In this document: piece after piece, positions 18,042-28,751 of the stretch
Layout of the letters: each line of letters starts with the position of its first letter
Numbering within the stretch: the first letter of the stretch is position 1
DNA from: Candidatus Omnitrophota bacterium
GTDB taxonomy: Bacteria; Omnitrophota; Gorgyraeia; Duberdicusellales; 4484-171
Length of the DNA: 64,000 nt
Assembly (NCBI GenBank): GCA_024231025.1
Contig: JAAEQW010000297.1
Span: 14,851 to 78,850, forward strand
Direction of reading: 5' to 3'
Position numbers and translations under genes: made by a program
Notes under the pieces: model-generated
Seen by the model: only the letters and a program-made list of their open reading frames with translations
Database searches by the model: none
Told to the model about the DNA's origin: nothing

Positions 18042-19072
18042 TGGCGTATAGAATCGGGTTAGATATATCGGGTGGCGATCGCGCACCTGACGAAATTATT
18101 AAAGGTGCAATTCTTGCCAGGAAAGAATTAGGCTACGATGTTGTTCTGGTTGGAGTAAAGCAAGAGATACAAGACGCACTCACAAAACAGGGGGCAGCTT
18201 TATCAAATTTTGAAATTGTTCATGCTCCAGAGAAAATAGAGATGGCAGAATCACCTGCTGCGTCATGCCGCAAAAAAAAGAATTCCTCAATTGTTATCGG
18301 AGCAAAACTTCTTAAAGAGAAAAAGATTGACGCTTTTGTTTCATGCGGCAATACCGGAGCGGTTGTCTGTGCGTCAACGCTGGCTCTTCGTTTAATTGAA
18401 GGGGTAGAGCGGCCGGGGATTGGGTTGATGATGCCTAATCCTAGTGGAATATCTTTAGTGGTTGATGTTGGAGCCAATATCGATCCTAAACCAATTCATC
18501 TTTTCCAATATGGCATAATGGCCTCAGTTTATTATAATTTAGTTTTAGACAAAGAAAATCCTACAGTAGGACTTCTTAATATTGGAGAGGAAGCATCAAA
18601 AGGGAATGATTTTACAAAATCAGTGCACAAATCATTTACGGCATCAAGCCTGAACTTTACCGGTAATTTAGAAGCTAAAGATTTGTTTTCCGGTAAATGT
18701 GATTGCGTTGTTTGCGATGGTTTTGCGGGTAATATTGCACTTAAAGTTTCGGAGAGCTGTGCAACATTTGTTGCTAAATTTTTGCTTGAAACCATGAAAA
18801 GTGATTTTTTTGGAATAATCGGCCTTCTTTTAGCAAAACGTAGTTTAAAGAAATTTAAGAAGATGATCGACTATGCCGAATACGGAGGGGCACCGCTTTT
18901 GGGCGTTGATGGAGTAGTTATTATTGGTCATGGTCGTTCCAATGCGCGGGCAGTAAAGAACGCGATTAAAGTGGCCGGTGAAGAATTAAAAAGAGATCTG
19001 ATTGCAAAAATCAAAGTAAAGGTAAATGAAGTTTGCCAAAATCAAGATATTAAGCAAATATTAAACGTATGA
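18041..19072 (+). CDS. plsX: phosphate acyltransferase PlsX
   Basis: 343 aa, GLDISGGD..AP N-terminus typical of PlsX. Operon context. Confidence 0.85.
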   Translation: MAYRIGLDISGGDRAPDEIIKGAILARKELGYDVVLVGVKQEIQDALTKQGAALSNFEIVHAPEKIEMAESPAASCRKKKNSSIVIGAKLLKEKKIDAFVSCGNTGAVVCASTLALRLIEGVERPGIGLMMPNPSGISLVVDVGANIDPKPIHLFQYGIMASVYYNLVLDKENPTVGLLNIGEEASKGNDFTKSVHKSFTASSLNFTGNLEAKDLFSGKCDCVVCDGFAGNIALKVSESCATFVAKFLLETMKSDFFGIIGLLLAKRSLKKFKKMIDYAEYGGAPLLGVDGVVIIGHGRSNARAVKNAIKVAGEELKRDLIAKIKVKVNEVCQNQDIKQILNV

Positions 19073-19965
19073 ATGCGATAATTTTTCCAGGACAGGGCGC
19101 TCAGTATGTAGGTATGGGCAAGAGTCTGTATGATAATTTCAGCTCTGCACGCAGCATTTTTGATCGCGCTGATGAAGTTGCTGGTTTTGAGCTGTCTAAG
19201 AAGTGCTTTCAGGGCCCCGAAGAAGATTTAAAAGACACGTCTGTTCAGCAATTAGCAATCCTTGTGGTAAGTTTGGCTGCGTATGAGGTGTTCAAAGATA
19301 AAGGCAATGATGTTGGTTATTTGTCGGGATTAAGTTTAGGCGAGTATAGTTGTCTTTATGCTGCAGGAGTCTTGGGCGTTGATGATGTTGTTGCTTTAGT
19401 CAGAGAAAGGGCAAAGGCAATGGCTTATGCTGCCAGTATTAATCCGGCGACAATGTTTGCAGTGATGGGTATTGATCGGGCTCTTCTTAAGAAGAAGGCG
19501 AATGAGCTAAGTTTTTATATTGCAAATATCAATTCTCCTACTCAGACTGTTATCTCATTGAAGAAGGAAAGTAGTAGTCAAATTAAAGAGGCGTTAGAAT
19601 CGGCTGGAGCAAGAGTTATCGAGCTATCAGTAAGCGGAGGGTTTCATTCGCCGTTTATGCAGCCGGCCAAGGATCGCTTGGAAAAGGTTTTAGCGGGTCT
19701 AAATTTTAAGGATGCTTCGATTCCAATCGTTAGTAATGTAACGGCTTCTTCGCATACCAACAAAGACGAAATTAAAGCTAATTTAGCCGAGCAACTGGTG
19801 TCATCGGTGCTTTGGTGTGATTGTGCTAATTTTATAAGAGATAAGGGAGCAGAAAACTTCTTTGAAGTAGGTCCCTCAAAGGTTTTAAAAGGATTGATGC
19901 GGAAAATAGACTCTAAAGTTAAAGTTGTTAATGTTGAGAAAAAAGAAGATTTTGAACAATTATGA
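19069..19965 (+). CDS. fabD: malonyl-CoA:ACP transacylase
   Basis: IFPGQGAQYVGMG and GLSLGEYS (GxSxG) motifs. Confidence 0.9.
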   Translation: MNAIIFPGQGAQYVGMGKSLYDNFSSARSIFDRADEVAGFELSKKCFQGPEEDLKDTSVQQLAILVVSLAAYEVFKDKGNDVGYLSGLSLGEYSCLYAAGVLGVDDVVALVRERAKAMAYAASINPATMFAVMGIDRALLKKKANELSFYIANINSPTQTVISLKKESSSQIKEALESAGARVIELSVSGGFHSPFMQPAKDRLEKVLAGLNFKDASIPIVSNVTASSHTNKDEIKANLAEQLVSSVLWCDCANFIRDKGAENFFEVGPSKVLKGLMRKIDSKVKVVNVEKKEDFEQL

Positions 19966-20066
19966 ATTAGGAATTATAAATTTTGAATTGATTTGATGTG
20001 TCACAAAATTACAATTTCCTGTATCCTATTTAATTTAATAACAAAGCAATAAAGATCGGAGGATAA

Positions 20067-20801
20067 ATGCGTTTTCAAGATAAAGTAGTTTTAGTAACCG
20101 GTGGTGCCCAAGGAATTGGAAAGGAGATCGCGCTTGATTTTGCCAGAGGAGGAGCGAAATTAGTTCTTTTCGATGTTAATGAACAAGCCTTGAGCGACAC
20201 TGCAAAAGAAATTGGTGACTCCTTAAGAGTAATGAATTTAAAGGTTGATGTCACTAATCTCTCCGATGTAGAGAAAAACGTTAATAAAGTTATTGACAAT
20301 TGGGGAAGAGTTGATATATTAATTAACAATGCGGGGATCACCCGGGACAATTTGATTTTGCGGCTCTCTGAGAATGACTGGGATTCAGTGTTAAATGTAA
20401 ACTTGAAAGGCTCCTTTAATTGCGCCAAAACCCTTGCCAGGGTCATGGTTAAGCAACGTGCTGGTAAGATTGTCAATATTTCCTCGGTAATTGGGATTAT
20501 GGGTAATCCTGGCCAGGTGAATTATGGGGCATCAAAGGCTGGTCTTATTGGGATTACGAAATCGCTGGCTCGTGAGTTAGGTGGGCGCAATATTACAGTT
20601 AATGCGGTTGCTCCTGGTTATATTAGAACTGCAATGACTGATAAGATAAGCGATAAAGTTAAAGAAGAAATGTTTAAGAGGATTCCTCTTAGCAGGTTTG
20701 GTGAGCCGCTTGATGTAGCTAAAGCGGTTACTTTTTTGGCATCGGAAGACGCCGATTACATTACAGGCCAAGTGTTGGTTGTGGATGGCGGTTTAGTTTA
20801 G
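20067..20801 (+). CDS. fabG: 3-oxoacyl-ACP reductase
   Basis: SDR motifs TGGAQGIG, NNAG, YGASKAG. 244 aa. Confidence 0.9.
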   Translation: MRFQDKVVLVTGGAQGIGKEIALDFARGGAKLVLFDVNEQALSDTAKEIGDSLRVMNLKVDVTNLSDVEKNVNKVIDNWGRVDILINNAGITRDNLILRLSENDWDSVLNVNLKGSFNCAKTLARVMVKQRAGKIVNISSVIGIMGNPGQVNYGASKAGLIGITKSLARELGGRNITVNAVAPGYIRTAMTDKISDKVKEEMFKRIPLSRFGEPLDVAKAVTFLASEDADYITGQVLVVDGGLV

Positions 20802-20825
20802 CTGACCTTATATAAGGAGGTAAAA

Positions 20826-21062
20826 ATGAGCGTTGAAGAGAAAGTAAAGGATATTATTGCAGAGCAGTTAGGTGTAAAAAAAGAAGAAATTAAATTGGAT
20901 AGCTCTTTCACGGATGATTTAGGTGCGGATTCTCTAGACACAGTGGAAGTAGTTATGGCTTTAGAAGAGGAATTTAGTATTGAAATTCCTGATGAAGATG
21001 CAGAAAAAATTGCAACAGTGGGGCAGGCAGTTAAATATATAGACGACAAGCGCAGCGCGTAA
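20826..21062 (+). CDS. acpP: acyl carrier protein
   Basis: 78 aa with [10 protein letters not shown] phosphopantetheine attachment site. Confidence 0.95.
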   Translation: MSVEEKVKDIIAEQLGVKKEEIKLDSSFTDDLGADSLDTVEVVMALEEEFSIEIPDEDAEKIATVGQAVKYIDDKRSA

Positions 21063-21078
21063 AGGAAAGTTTTCTTAG

Positions 21079-22314
21079 ATGAAGCGTGTAGTTGTAACTG
21101 GATGTGGGGTGGTATCCCCAGTCGGTATAGGAAAAACTTCCTTTTGGGATTCTTTGGTTTGTGGCAAGAGCGGTGTTGGTCCACTTACTGCTTTTGACGT
21201 TTCTGCTTTCGATTCTCAAATTGCCGGAGAAGTTTTAGATTTTATTCCTCCATCTTTTCTTTCCTCAAAAGATCTTAGAAGGGCTCCTCGTTTTGTCCAG
21301 CTCGTTTTAAAAGCGGCTGAAGAGGCACTAGAGGACAGTGGTATAAAAGATCACTTGGATGATCCCTATCGAATTGGTACGATTATTGGTTCCGGCATTG
21401 GAAGCTTAGGAACAGTAGAAGAGGAACATCTTGTTTTTTTAAATAAAGGACCCAAAAGGATTTCTCCTTTTCTTATTCCGATGCTTATTACTAATGAAGC
21501 TGCCGGATGGGTTGCAATTCGCTTCGGCCTAAAAGGGATTAATTTTTGTCCGGTTACAGCGTGTGCCAGTGGTGCTCACGCTATTGGAGAAGCTTTTGAG
21601 GCGATAAAGCTAGGTAAAGCTGATGCGATTGTTTGTGGAGGATCGGAATCAAGCCTTACTCCTTTGGGAGTTGGAGGCTTTTGCGCTCTTAAGGCTCTTT
21701 GCAAAAGGAATGATGAACCGACTCGTGCCAGTCGTCCATTTGATAAGGAGCGTTCAGGCTTTGTTATGGCAGAAGGTGCGGGGGTTGTTGTATTGGAGGA
21801 ATACGAACATGCTAAAGCGCGCGGTGCCCATATTTATGTCGAGATGGGTGGGTATGGTGCAACTTGTGATGCCTATCACATTACGGCTCCTGATCCGGAG
21901 GGTCAAGCTGCAAGCCGAGCTATACAATTTGCCATGGAAGATGCCGGCGTTGAACCGCAAGCCGGAGTATATGTTAATGCGCATGGAACAAGTACTTTTC
22001 TTAATGATAAAATGGAGACCAACGCAATCAAGAATGCTTTCGGTAAGTATGCTTATGACATAAATGTCAGTTCCACAAAGTCAATGACCGGTCATACTTT
22101 AGGTGCAGCAGGTGCAATAGAATATATTGTTTGCTGTCTTGCAGTGAAGAATAAGATTATCCCGCCTACAATTAATTATGAGAACCCTGATCCCGAATGT
22201 GATTTAAACTATACTCCTAATAAAGCGATAGAAGCAGATTTAAAGATTGCTCTTTCCAATTCTTTAGGGTTCGGCGGGCATAATGCCACACTTTTGATTA
22301 AAGAATTCAAATAA
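21079..22314 (+). CDS. fabF: 3-oxoacyl-ACP synthase II
   Basis: 411 aa KAS II. Active-site TACASG and the HGTST / GHTLGAAG motifs. Confidence 0.9.
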   Translation: MKRVVVTGCGVVSPVGIGKTSFWDSLVCGKSGVGPLTAFDVSAFDSQIAGEVLDFIPPSFLSSKDLRRAPRFVQLVLKAAEEALEDSGIKDHLDDPYRIGTIIGSGIGSLGTVEEEHLVFLNKGPKRISPFLIPMLITNEAAGWVAIRFGLKGINFCPVTACASGAHAIGEAFEAIKLGKADAIVCGGSESSLTPLGVGGFCALKALCKRNDEPTRASRPFDKERSGFVMAEGAGVVVLEEYEHAKARGAHIYVEMGGYGATCDAYHITAPDPEGQAASRAIQFAMEDAGVEPQAGVYVNAHGTSTFLNDKMETNAIKNAFGKYAYDINVSSTKSMTGHTLGAAGAIEYIVCCLAVKNKIIPPTINYENPDPECDLNYTPNKAIEADLKIALSNSLGFGGHNATLLIKEFK

Positions 22315-22411
22315 GTTCTAAGTTTTAAGTAGTAAGTCATAAGTCCGAATACTAAAGAGGATAGAAATCTGACTTAAAACTAACAACTTAGAACTTAAAA
22401 CTATAAAAAAA
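22315..22411 (+). repeat. long imperfect palindromic 'taagt' spacer between fabF and leuC
   Basis: Left arm taagttctaagttttaagt is the reverse complement of the right arm acttagaacttaaaact. Confidence 0.5.
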
Positions 22412-23686
22412 ATGGGTTTTACATTAGCTGAAAAAATTTTAATTAATCATACTTCTTCTAAAAAATTAGAAGATTTTATTTATCCTAAGGTTGATTTCTG
22501 TTTTGGTAATGATATTACTGCCCCTTTGGCGATTAAGGAATTTATCAAAGCAGGTTTTAAATCTGTAGCTTATCCTGATAGAGTTGGTTTTATTTGCGAT
22601 CATTTTACTCCAGCAAGGGATGCAACCGCAGCTAATAATGTTGTGATGCTGCGCGAATTTGCCAAACGTTTTAAAATTAAGAACTTTTACGACATTCAGC
22701 ATTGTGGTATTGAGCATGCGTTTACTATTGAACAAGGATTGATTCGTCCCGGACATATTGTTATTGGAGCGGACTCTCATACCTGTACCGGTGGTGCGGT
22801 TGGTGCTTTTGCCACTGGTGTTGGTTCAACTGATTTAGCTGCTGCAATTAAAAATGGTCATTGTTGGTTTAAGGTTCCACCGACGATTAAATTTGTTTAT
22901 AAGGGCAAAAAAAATAAGTGGATATCCGGCAAAGACTTAATTCTTCATACAATTGGAAAGATTGGTGTTGATGGTGCGCTTTATAAGGTTATGGAATTTT
23001 CCGGTCCAGTTATACGAAAAATAAGCATGGATGATCGTCTCGCGATGAGTAACATGGCGATTGAAGCGGGGGGTAAGGCTGGGTTAATTGAACCCGATGA
23101 AACAACTTTTGCTTATTTAAAACAAATTCAAGGTAAAAACTTTAAATTTAATAAATCAATGCTTAAGTTAAAAGGTGATAAAGACGCAAAATATGATGAT
23201 GTAATTGAAATTGATGTAGCGAAGATTGAGCCCACGGTATCTTGTCCGCATTTGCCAAGTAACGCTAAAGCGGTTAGTTCGCTTAGAAAAGTAAAATTGG
23301 ATCAGGTTGTAATTGGATCTTGCACAAATGGACGTATAACAGATCTAAGGATTGCTGCTAAGATTCTAAAAAAGAGAAAAGTAAAGGATGGCACGCGGAC
23401 AATTATTTTTCCCGCAACGCCCACCGTCTATCTTCAGGCTGAAAAGGAAGGATTACTTAAAATTTTTGTTCAATCAGGGTGTGTTGTTTCACCACCAACT
23501 TGTGGGCCGTGTTTGGGCGGCCATTCTGGAATTCTTGGTAAGGGTGAAGTTGCTTTGGCGACTACAAATAGAAATTTTGTTGGACGTATGGGTAGTCCGG
23601 ATAGTTTTGTTTATTTGAGTTCTCCGGCGGTTGCTGCGGCAAGTGCGTTAAAGGGGAGGATTACTCATCCTGAGGAAGTAGCATGA
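22412..23686 (+). CDS. leuC: 3-isopropylmalate/homoaconitate dehydratase large subunit (archaeal-type short LeuC)
   Basis: 424 aa aconitase catalytic domain with GADSHT and SCTNGR. Confidence 0.8.
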   Translation: MGFTLAEKILINHTSSKKLEDFIYPKVDFCFGNDITAPLAIKEFIKAGFKSVAYPDRVGFICDHFTPARDATAANNVVMLREFAKRFKIKNFYDIQHCGIEHAFTIEQGLIRPGHIVIGADSHTCTGGAVGAFATGVGSTDLAAAIKNGHCWFKVPPTIKFVYKGKKNKWISGKDLILHTIGKIGVDGALYKVMEFSGPVIRKISMDDRLAMSNMAIEAGGKAGLIEPDETTFAYLKQIQGKNFKFNKSMLKLKGDKDAKYDDVIEIDVAKIEPTVSCPHLPSNAKAVSSLRKVKLDQVVIGSCTNGRITDLRIAAKILKKRKVKDGTRTIIFPATPTVYLQAEKEGLLKIFVQSGCVVSPPTCGPCLGGHSGILGKGEVALATTNRNFVGRMGSPDSFVYLSSPAVAAASALKGRITHPEEVA

Positions 23687-24180
23687 AAATTAACGGAAAA
23701 GCGCATAAATTTGGCAACCACATCAATACTGATGATATAATTGCCGCGAAATATCTTGATTCTCAAGACGATAGTTTTTTGGGGTCAAAATGCATGGAAA
23801 ATATTGATGCTGGTTTTATTGGACGAGTAAGAAGCGGTGATATAATGATTGCCGGTGACAACTTTGGTTGTGGTTCGAGCAGGGAGCATGCACCGGTAAG
23901 TATTATGGGTTGTGGGATAGCTTTAGTTATTGCAAAGAGTTTTGCCCGTATTTTTTACAGAAATAGTATTAATCGTGGACTACCGATTTTAGTTTGCGCT
24001 AAGGTTGATCAAATTAAAAATGGGGATTCTTTAGATATTGATTTAGAAGAAGGCACAATAAAAAATTTAACTACAGGTAAAATTTTTAAGTCGGAAAAAT
24101 TTCCCGAATTTATGCAGGAAATAATCGAGGCAAAGGGGTTAATTAGTTGGATTAAAAAAAAGAGCAGGAGAAAAAGATGA
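23683..24180 (+). CDS. leuD: 3-isopropylmalate dehydratase small subunit
   Basis: 165 aa swivel domain with [14 protein letters not shown]. Confidence 0.8.
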   Translation: MKINGKAHKFGNHINTDDIIAAKYLDSQDDSFLGSKCMENIDAGFIGRVRSGDIMIAGDNFGCGSSREHAPVSIMGCGIALVIAKSFARIFYRNSINRGLPILVCAKVDQIKNGDSLDIDLEEGTIKNLTTGKIFKSEKFPEFMQEIIEAKGLISWIKKKSRRKR

Positions 24181-25232
24181 ATACTTATAAAATCGCAGTA
24201 ATTGGTGGAGACGGAACCGGTCCTGAAGTGGCAGCTGAGGGTATAAAAGTCTTAAAGGCGGCAGAAAGCAAGTTTGGTTTTAAATGTGAGCTTGTTGATT
24301 ACGATATCGGTGGAGACCGTTATCTAAAAACTGGTGAGATCTTGCCTGATTCAATTGTCGAGGAGCTAAAAACTTTTGATTCAATCTATCTTGGCGCGAT
24401 TGGGCATCCTGATGTTAAGCCTGGTGTTCTAGAAAAGGGAATACTGTTGCGTCTTCGTTTTGAGCTTGATCAGTATGTTAACCTTCGTCCGGTAATTTTA
24501 TTTGATAAGAGGTTTTGTCCGCTTAAAGATAAAACCGAAAAAGATATTGATTATGTTGTTGTTCGTGAAAATACAGAAGGGCTTTATTGCGGAGCAGGAG
24601 GATTTACTAAAAAGGACACCGAAAATGAGGTTGCTATACAAGAGAGCATAAATACTTATAAAGGTGTCCAGCGGTGTGTTCATTTTGCTTTTCAACAAGC
24701 AAGAAAAAGAAACAAGCAAAAAACAGTCACTCTTTGCGGAAAAACGAATGTTTTAACTTTTGCTTTTGATCTTTGGGAGAGAACTTTCCACAAAGTTGCT
24801 AAAAATTATCCGGATATAAAAACGGATTATGCTCATGTTGATGCAACTTGCATGTGGATGGTGAAAAATCCCGAGTGGTTTGATGTGATTGTTACCGATA
24901 ATATGTTTGGCGATATTATTACTGATTTAGGTGCGATTACTCAAGGTGGTATGGGGATTGCAGCCGGAGGAAACATTAATCCTGATGGCGTATCGATGTT
25001 TGAGCCGATTGGAGGTAGTGCGCCTAAGTATACCGGTAAAAATGTTATTAATCCAATGGCAGCGATTTGTGCATTGTCAATGATGGTTGATATCCTTGGC
25101 GAGGAAAAAGCTGCCAAGGCAATTGAGGCGTCAGTTAGAAAAGTTGTTGGGGAAAAACTGGATACTCTTTCTGCGGGTAAGATGGGGTATTCTACTACCC
25201 AAGTTGGTGATCTGGTTGTAGAGAATCTTTAA
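24177..25232 (+). CDS. leuB: 3-isopropylmalate dehydrogenase (isocitrate/isopropylmalate DH family)
   Basis: 351 aa, GIGPEV-like N-terminus (GGDGTGPEV), NMFGDIITD motif. Confidence 0.75.
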   Translation: MNTYKIAVIGGDGTGPEVAAEGIKVLKAAESKFGFKCELVDYDIGGDRYLKTGEILPDSIVEELKTFDSIYLGAIGHPDVKPGVLEKGILLRLRFELDQYVNLRPVILFDKRFCPLKDKTEKDIDYVVVRENTEGLYCGAGGFTKKDTENEVAIQESINTYKGVQRCVHFAFQQARKRNKQKTVTLCGKTNVLTFAFDLWERTFHKVAKNYPDIKTDYAHVDATCMWMVKNPEWFDVIVTDNMFGDIITDLGAITQGGMGIAAGGNINPDGVSMFEPIGGSAPKYTGKNVINPMAAICALSMMVDILGEEKAAKAIEASVRKVVGEKLDTLSAGKMGYSTTQVGDLVVENL

Positions 25233-25681
25233 TGAAAAAGAGTCCACTGTTCGTTAAAAGCTTTGTAGAATCTTTCAAGCAGGCAAATCTTCATGCCAAA
25301 GCTTTTTTTTCGATGGGTTTTATCTTCTTAATTATGATATTGATAAGAGGGTATAACATTCAGCGCATTGGCACTGCAAGTTGGTATGGCGGGGGAGAAA
25401 AATTAAACAAACATACTGCATCCGGAGAGGTGTTTGATCCGGGCCTACTTACTTGCGCAAGTTGGGATTATCCGTTTGGGACTTTTCTTAAAGTAACGAA
25501 TTTATATAACAACAAAGAAGTTATCGTAAGAGTTAACGATCGAGGACCAGCTAAGTATTTGCATCGGTTAGTTGATCTTAGTAGGCGATCTTTTAGTGTG
25601 ATCGCTCCATTGCGAAAAGGACTTATAAAAGTAAAAATAGACGTTTATAACAAAGAGGAAGGTAAGGATGAAAAAAGTTAA
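25232..25681 (+). CDS. rlpA: septal ring lytic transglycosylase RlpA-like protein (DPBB domain)
   Basis: N-terminal TM segment, then GTASWYGGGEKLNKHTASGEVFDP...VRVNDRGP double-psi beta-barrel. Confidence 0.75.
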   Translation: MKKSPLFVKSFVESFKQANLHAKAFFSMGFIFLIMILIRGYNIQRIGTASWYGGGEKLNKHTASGEVFDPGLLTCASWDYPFGTFLKVTNLYNNKEVIVRVNDRGPAKYLHRLVDLSRRSFSVIAPLRKGLIKVKIDVYNKEEGKDEKS

Positions 25682-26684
25682 TTTAGCAGTTGTTGGAGTT
25701 GGTGCGGTAGGCGTTGAAATAATGCGAATATTAAAGCAAAGAGATTTTCCAATCAATAGTCTAAAAGTTTTTGCCAGAAGCGCGCGTCAAATAGACATTG
25801 ATGGTAACAAATACAATGTTGAAGCTATCGCTGATGAAAATTTTTCTAATGTAGACATTGCTCTTTTTGCCGGAACTGAAGGAGAAAAGGGGGCAGCAAC
25901 TCTGTATGCTGATAAATTTGTTAAAAAAGGTGCGGTTGTTGTTGATAACGGTGCTGATTTCCGCATGAAAGATGATGTGCCTTTAGTTGTACCTGAAGTT
26001 AACTGTGATGCTATTGCATCAAATAAGGGAATAATTGCCAATCCTAATTGCACAACGATTCAGGCGCTAGTTGCTTTAGGCGGAATATATAAAAAGTTTG
26101 GAATGGAGAAAATCGTACTCACCAGTTTTCAGGCTACTTCTGGTGCTGGTAAAAGCGCGACTGTCGGCCTTTGGGAAGAGACAAAAGAACTAATAGCGAA
26201 AAATGATAATGTTTCTTTCGACAATATCAGCAAAAAGGTTAATAAACCAATAGGGTTTGAGTCTCAGATTGCGTTTAATGCGATTCCTAAAATTGGTGGT
26301 TATGGTGATGATAATTACACCAGTGAAGAGTGGAAAGTCGTTAATGAAACTCATAAAATTTTTGCTGATAATAAAATAAAGATCACTGCTACTTGCGTGA
26401 GGATCCCGGTGTTTACGTCACATTCAGAGGCAATCTACTTTAGGACTAAAGAAGACACCGGTCTTAGCGGAATCGAAGAAGCCCTAAAGGGCTCTAAAGG
26501 AGTTGTTTACACACCGGATAGTTTCGCATTACCGCTTGATGTTGAGGGCAAAGACGATGTTTACGTCAGTAGGGTGCGTCGTGATCGGTATGAAAAAAAT
26601 TCTTTTTGGCTGTGGTGCGTTGCTGATAATCTAAGAAAAGGTGCCGCCTTAAACGCAATTCAAATCGCTGAAAACCTGCTTTAA
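25668..26684 (+). CDS. asd: aspartate-semialdehyde dehydrogenase
   Basis: VAVVGVGAVG N-terminus, active-site NPNCTT, SGAG. Confidence 0.9.
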   Translation: MKKVNLAVVGVGAVGVEIMRILKQRDFPINSLKVFARSARQIDIDGNKYNVEAIADENFSNVDIALFAGTEGEKGAATLYADKFVKKGAVVVDNGADFRMKDDVPLVVPEVNCDAIASNKGIIANPNCTTIQALVALGGIYKKFGMEKIVLTSFQATSGAGKSATVGLWEETKELIAKNDNVSFDNISKKVNKPIGFESQIAFNAIPKIGGYGDDNYTSEEWKVVNETHKIFADNKIKITATCVRIPVFTSHSEAIYFRTKEDTGLSGIEEALKGSKGVVYTPDSFALPLDVEGKDDVYVSRVRRDRYEKNSFWLWCVADNLRKGAALNAIQIAENLL

Positions 26685-27430
26685 TGAAGAAAAATATTTT
26701 CTTGGAAGTAGAATATTTGGGTACTAATTATTTTGGTTTTCAAGTTCAAAATAAACTATCCAAAGAGATTACCATTCAGGAAGTATTGGAGCGTGCCCTA
26801 AAAAAACTTTTCAAAGAAGAAATCAGAATAATATATACCTCACGTACCGATCGGGGTGTGCACGCTAAATGTCAGGGTGTTAATTTTACTACACATGCAC
26901 ATATTCCTATAGCAAATATTAAAAAAGCGCTAAATTCTCTTTTACCGGTTGATATTCGAGTAAAGAAAATTAAAGATAAGCCTTATGATTTTCACTCACG
27001 ATTTTGCGTGATATCTAAGGTTTATCGCTATTGCATTCTTAATAAAAAAGAAGAGTCAGTGTTTTCTGCTCCATTTTCCTGGAATGTTAAAGAACGTTTA
27101 GCTGTTGATCTCATGAAGGAAGCAGCTAAAAAAATAGTTGGTAAGAGAGATTTTTCCGTATTTGCTAAAGAAGCCAAGTCATATAAAGATTGTACAAGAA
27201 CCATAAAAAGCATTAACATAAAAAAACGAGGTAGCGTTATCACGATAGATATTGAAGCCGACGGATTCTTGAGGAATATGGCTCGCAATGTGGTTTCTTT
27301 TTTGGTAGAAGTCACTCTTAATCGTGTAAAAATATCTGACATTTCTGCGATCATTAGCGGAAAAAAGAAATACTCCAATAAACCTGCTCCGGCGCAAGGG
27401 CTTTGTTTGGTTAAAGTTAATTATCGGTAG
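26684..27430 (+). CDS. truA: tRNA pseudouridine(38-40) synthase
   Basis: EVEYLGTNYFGFQ, RTDRGVHA catalytic Asp region. Confidence 0.85.
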   Translation: MKKNIFLEVEYLGTNYFGFQVQNKLSKEITIQEVLERALKKLFKEEIRIIYTSRTDRGVHAKCQGVNFTTHAHIPIANIKKALNSLLPVDIRVKKIKDKPYDFHSRFCVISKVYRYCILNKKEESVFSAPFSWNVKERLAVDLMKEAAKKIVGKRDFSVFAKEAKSYKDCTRTIKSINIKKRGSVITIDIEADGFLRNMARNVVSFLVEVTLNRVKISDISAIISGKKKYSNKPAPAQGLCLVKVNYR

Positions 27431-27473
27431 TGGGTATTAGATTTTTCCGATAAGCTATGATATAATAAAAGTC

Positions 27474-27956
27474 ATGAAAAAGTTATTGATTTTATTGTCG
27501 ATTTGTATTGTTTTTGCTTGTGTAGGGTGCCATAGCGTGCGTCAGAAATTTGTTCGAAAAAGCAAATACAAAAAAGAAATTCCGGTTTATGTGGATTTCA
27601 AGGAATACCCTAAGGCGCCTCCTAGAGCGGTTTATAATGACTATTGCTTATTTGTTAGAGGTTGGTTGCAGGATTTATCAAGAGCTCTCGGGGACGGCAA
27701 AAGCCGTAAGCGCCAGCGTAGGGCAGTCAATGAAGTAATTATGAATTTAGAGCAGATTATTGAATTTTATAATGATGAAGGCAAGGCAAAGATCAGCCCT
27801 CTTCGCGAGGAATTATTGGTAATTCGTGATGACATAGAAAAATACCCAATTTTAAACGACCTAAAGCGCAATTTCCTCATTACTAAGGTCGAGCGTATTC
27901 GCCATAAATTTGAAACTCGTTTCAAATATAGTGATGCCAAAGAGTGGCTAAAATAA
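27474..27956 (+). CDS. hypothetical lipoprotein
   Basis: Signal peptide ending in a lipobox-like VFACVGC. No recognisable domain. Confidence 0.5.
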   Translation: MKKLLILLSICIVFACVGCHSVRQKFVRKSKYKKEIPVYVDFKEYPKAPPRAVYNDYCLFVRGWLQDLSRALGDGKSRKRQRRAVNEVIMNLEQIIEFYNDEGKAKISPLREELLVIRDDIEKYPILNDLKRNFLITKVERIRHKFETRFKYSDAKEWLK

Positions 27957-28591
27957 ATAAACTAAAGAATTTTGTGGATAATTTAGAATTAAAAATATTT
28001 ACAGTAGGTGATCTGTTTACTAATTGTTATCTTGTTTTTGACCGTCAAACCAAGAAAGCATTTATAATTGATGCACCCCAGCCTATAGCTTCCGTAAAGG
28101 AATTTATAAAGAATCAAAACTTAGAAGTTGATTTTATTATTTTGACTCATGGTCATTTTGATCACATTTTAGGTCTTGATTGCCTTGATGAACCATTCTA
28201 CATTCATGACCAGGATAAAAAATTTCTTACTGATCCCGGCTTGAACGCTTCGAGATTTTGCATCAAAGACAGCACGATTGATAAGGAGCCTTTACTTTTG
28301 AAAGAAGGCGATTGTGTGGCTTTTGGCCAGCATCAAATTAAGGTGATACATACCCCCGGGCATACTCCGGGATCGGTGTCTTTTAAGCTGGGGAAGTGGC
28401 TATTTAGCGGAGACACATTATTTCGAGAATCAATTGGTCGCACTGATATACCGCTGGCTTGCGGTAAACAGATATTAAAATCAATCAAAGAGAAATTGTT
28501 GACCCTAGATGATGAATTGATCGTCTACCCAGGGCATGGTTCTTCAACGGTATTAGGAGAAGAGAGGCGGACCAATCCCTTTTTGGTATAG
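27944..28591 (+). CDS. MBL-fold metallo-hydrolase (glyoxalase II-like)
   Basis: ILTHGHFDH and HTPGHTPGS motifs. Confidence 0.8.
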   Translation: MAKINKLKNFVDNLELKIFTVGDLFTNCYLVFDRQTKKAFIIDAPQPIASVKEFIKNQNLEVDFIILTHGHFDHILGLDCLDEPFYIHDQDKKFLTDPGLNASRFCIKDSTIDKEPLLLKEGDCVAFGQHQIKVIHTPGHTPGSVSFKLGKWLFSGDTLFRESIGRTDIPLACGKQILKSIKEKLLTLDDELIVYPGHGSSTVLGEERRTNPFLV

Positions 28592-28611
28592 CCTATAAGA
28601 CTTATTAATAT

Positions 28612-28745
28612 TGAGCGAAAAGCTGAGAGCGAAAAATGAAAAACCAAAACGTAAAATTAAAAAGTAAAAGAATTATTTATTCTGGAAATAAATTTTAAGT
28701 TTTAAATTATGGTTTTTCGCTTTTAGTTTTTCGTTTTTAGCTGAT
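28612..28745 (+). repeat. MITE-like inverted-repeat element, family 1, copy C (inverse orientation relative to copy B)
   Basis: 28699-28741 is the reverse complement of 4721-4763 with 1 mismatch in 43 nt. The left half matches the reverse complement of the right half of copy B. Confidence 0.7.
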
Positions 28746-28751
28746 TTAATT

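Noticed and set aside
21623-22063. 146-aa + strand ORF in an alternative frame inside fabF, and similar ones such as 12630-12821 and 23388-23618
   Set aside because: They are embedded in highly conserved coding sequence of another frame, with unusual composition and no homology.
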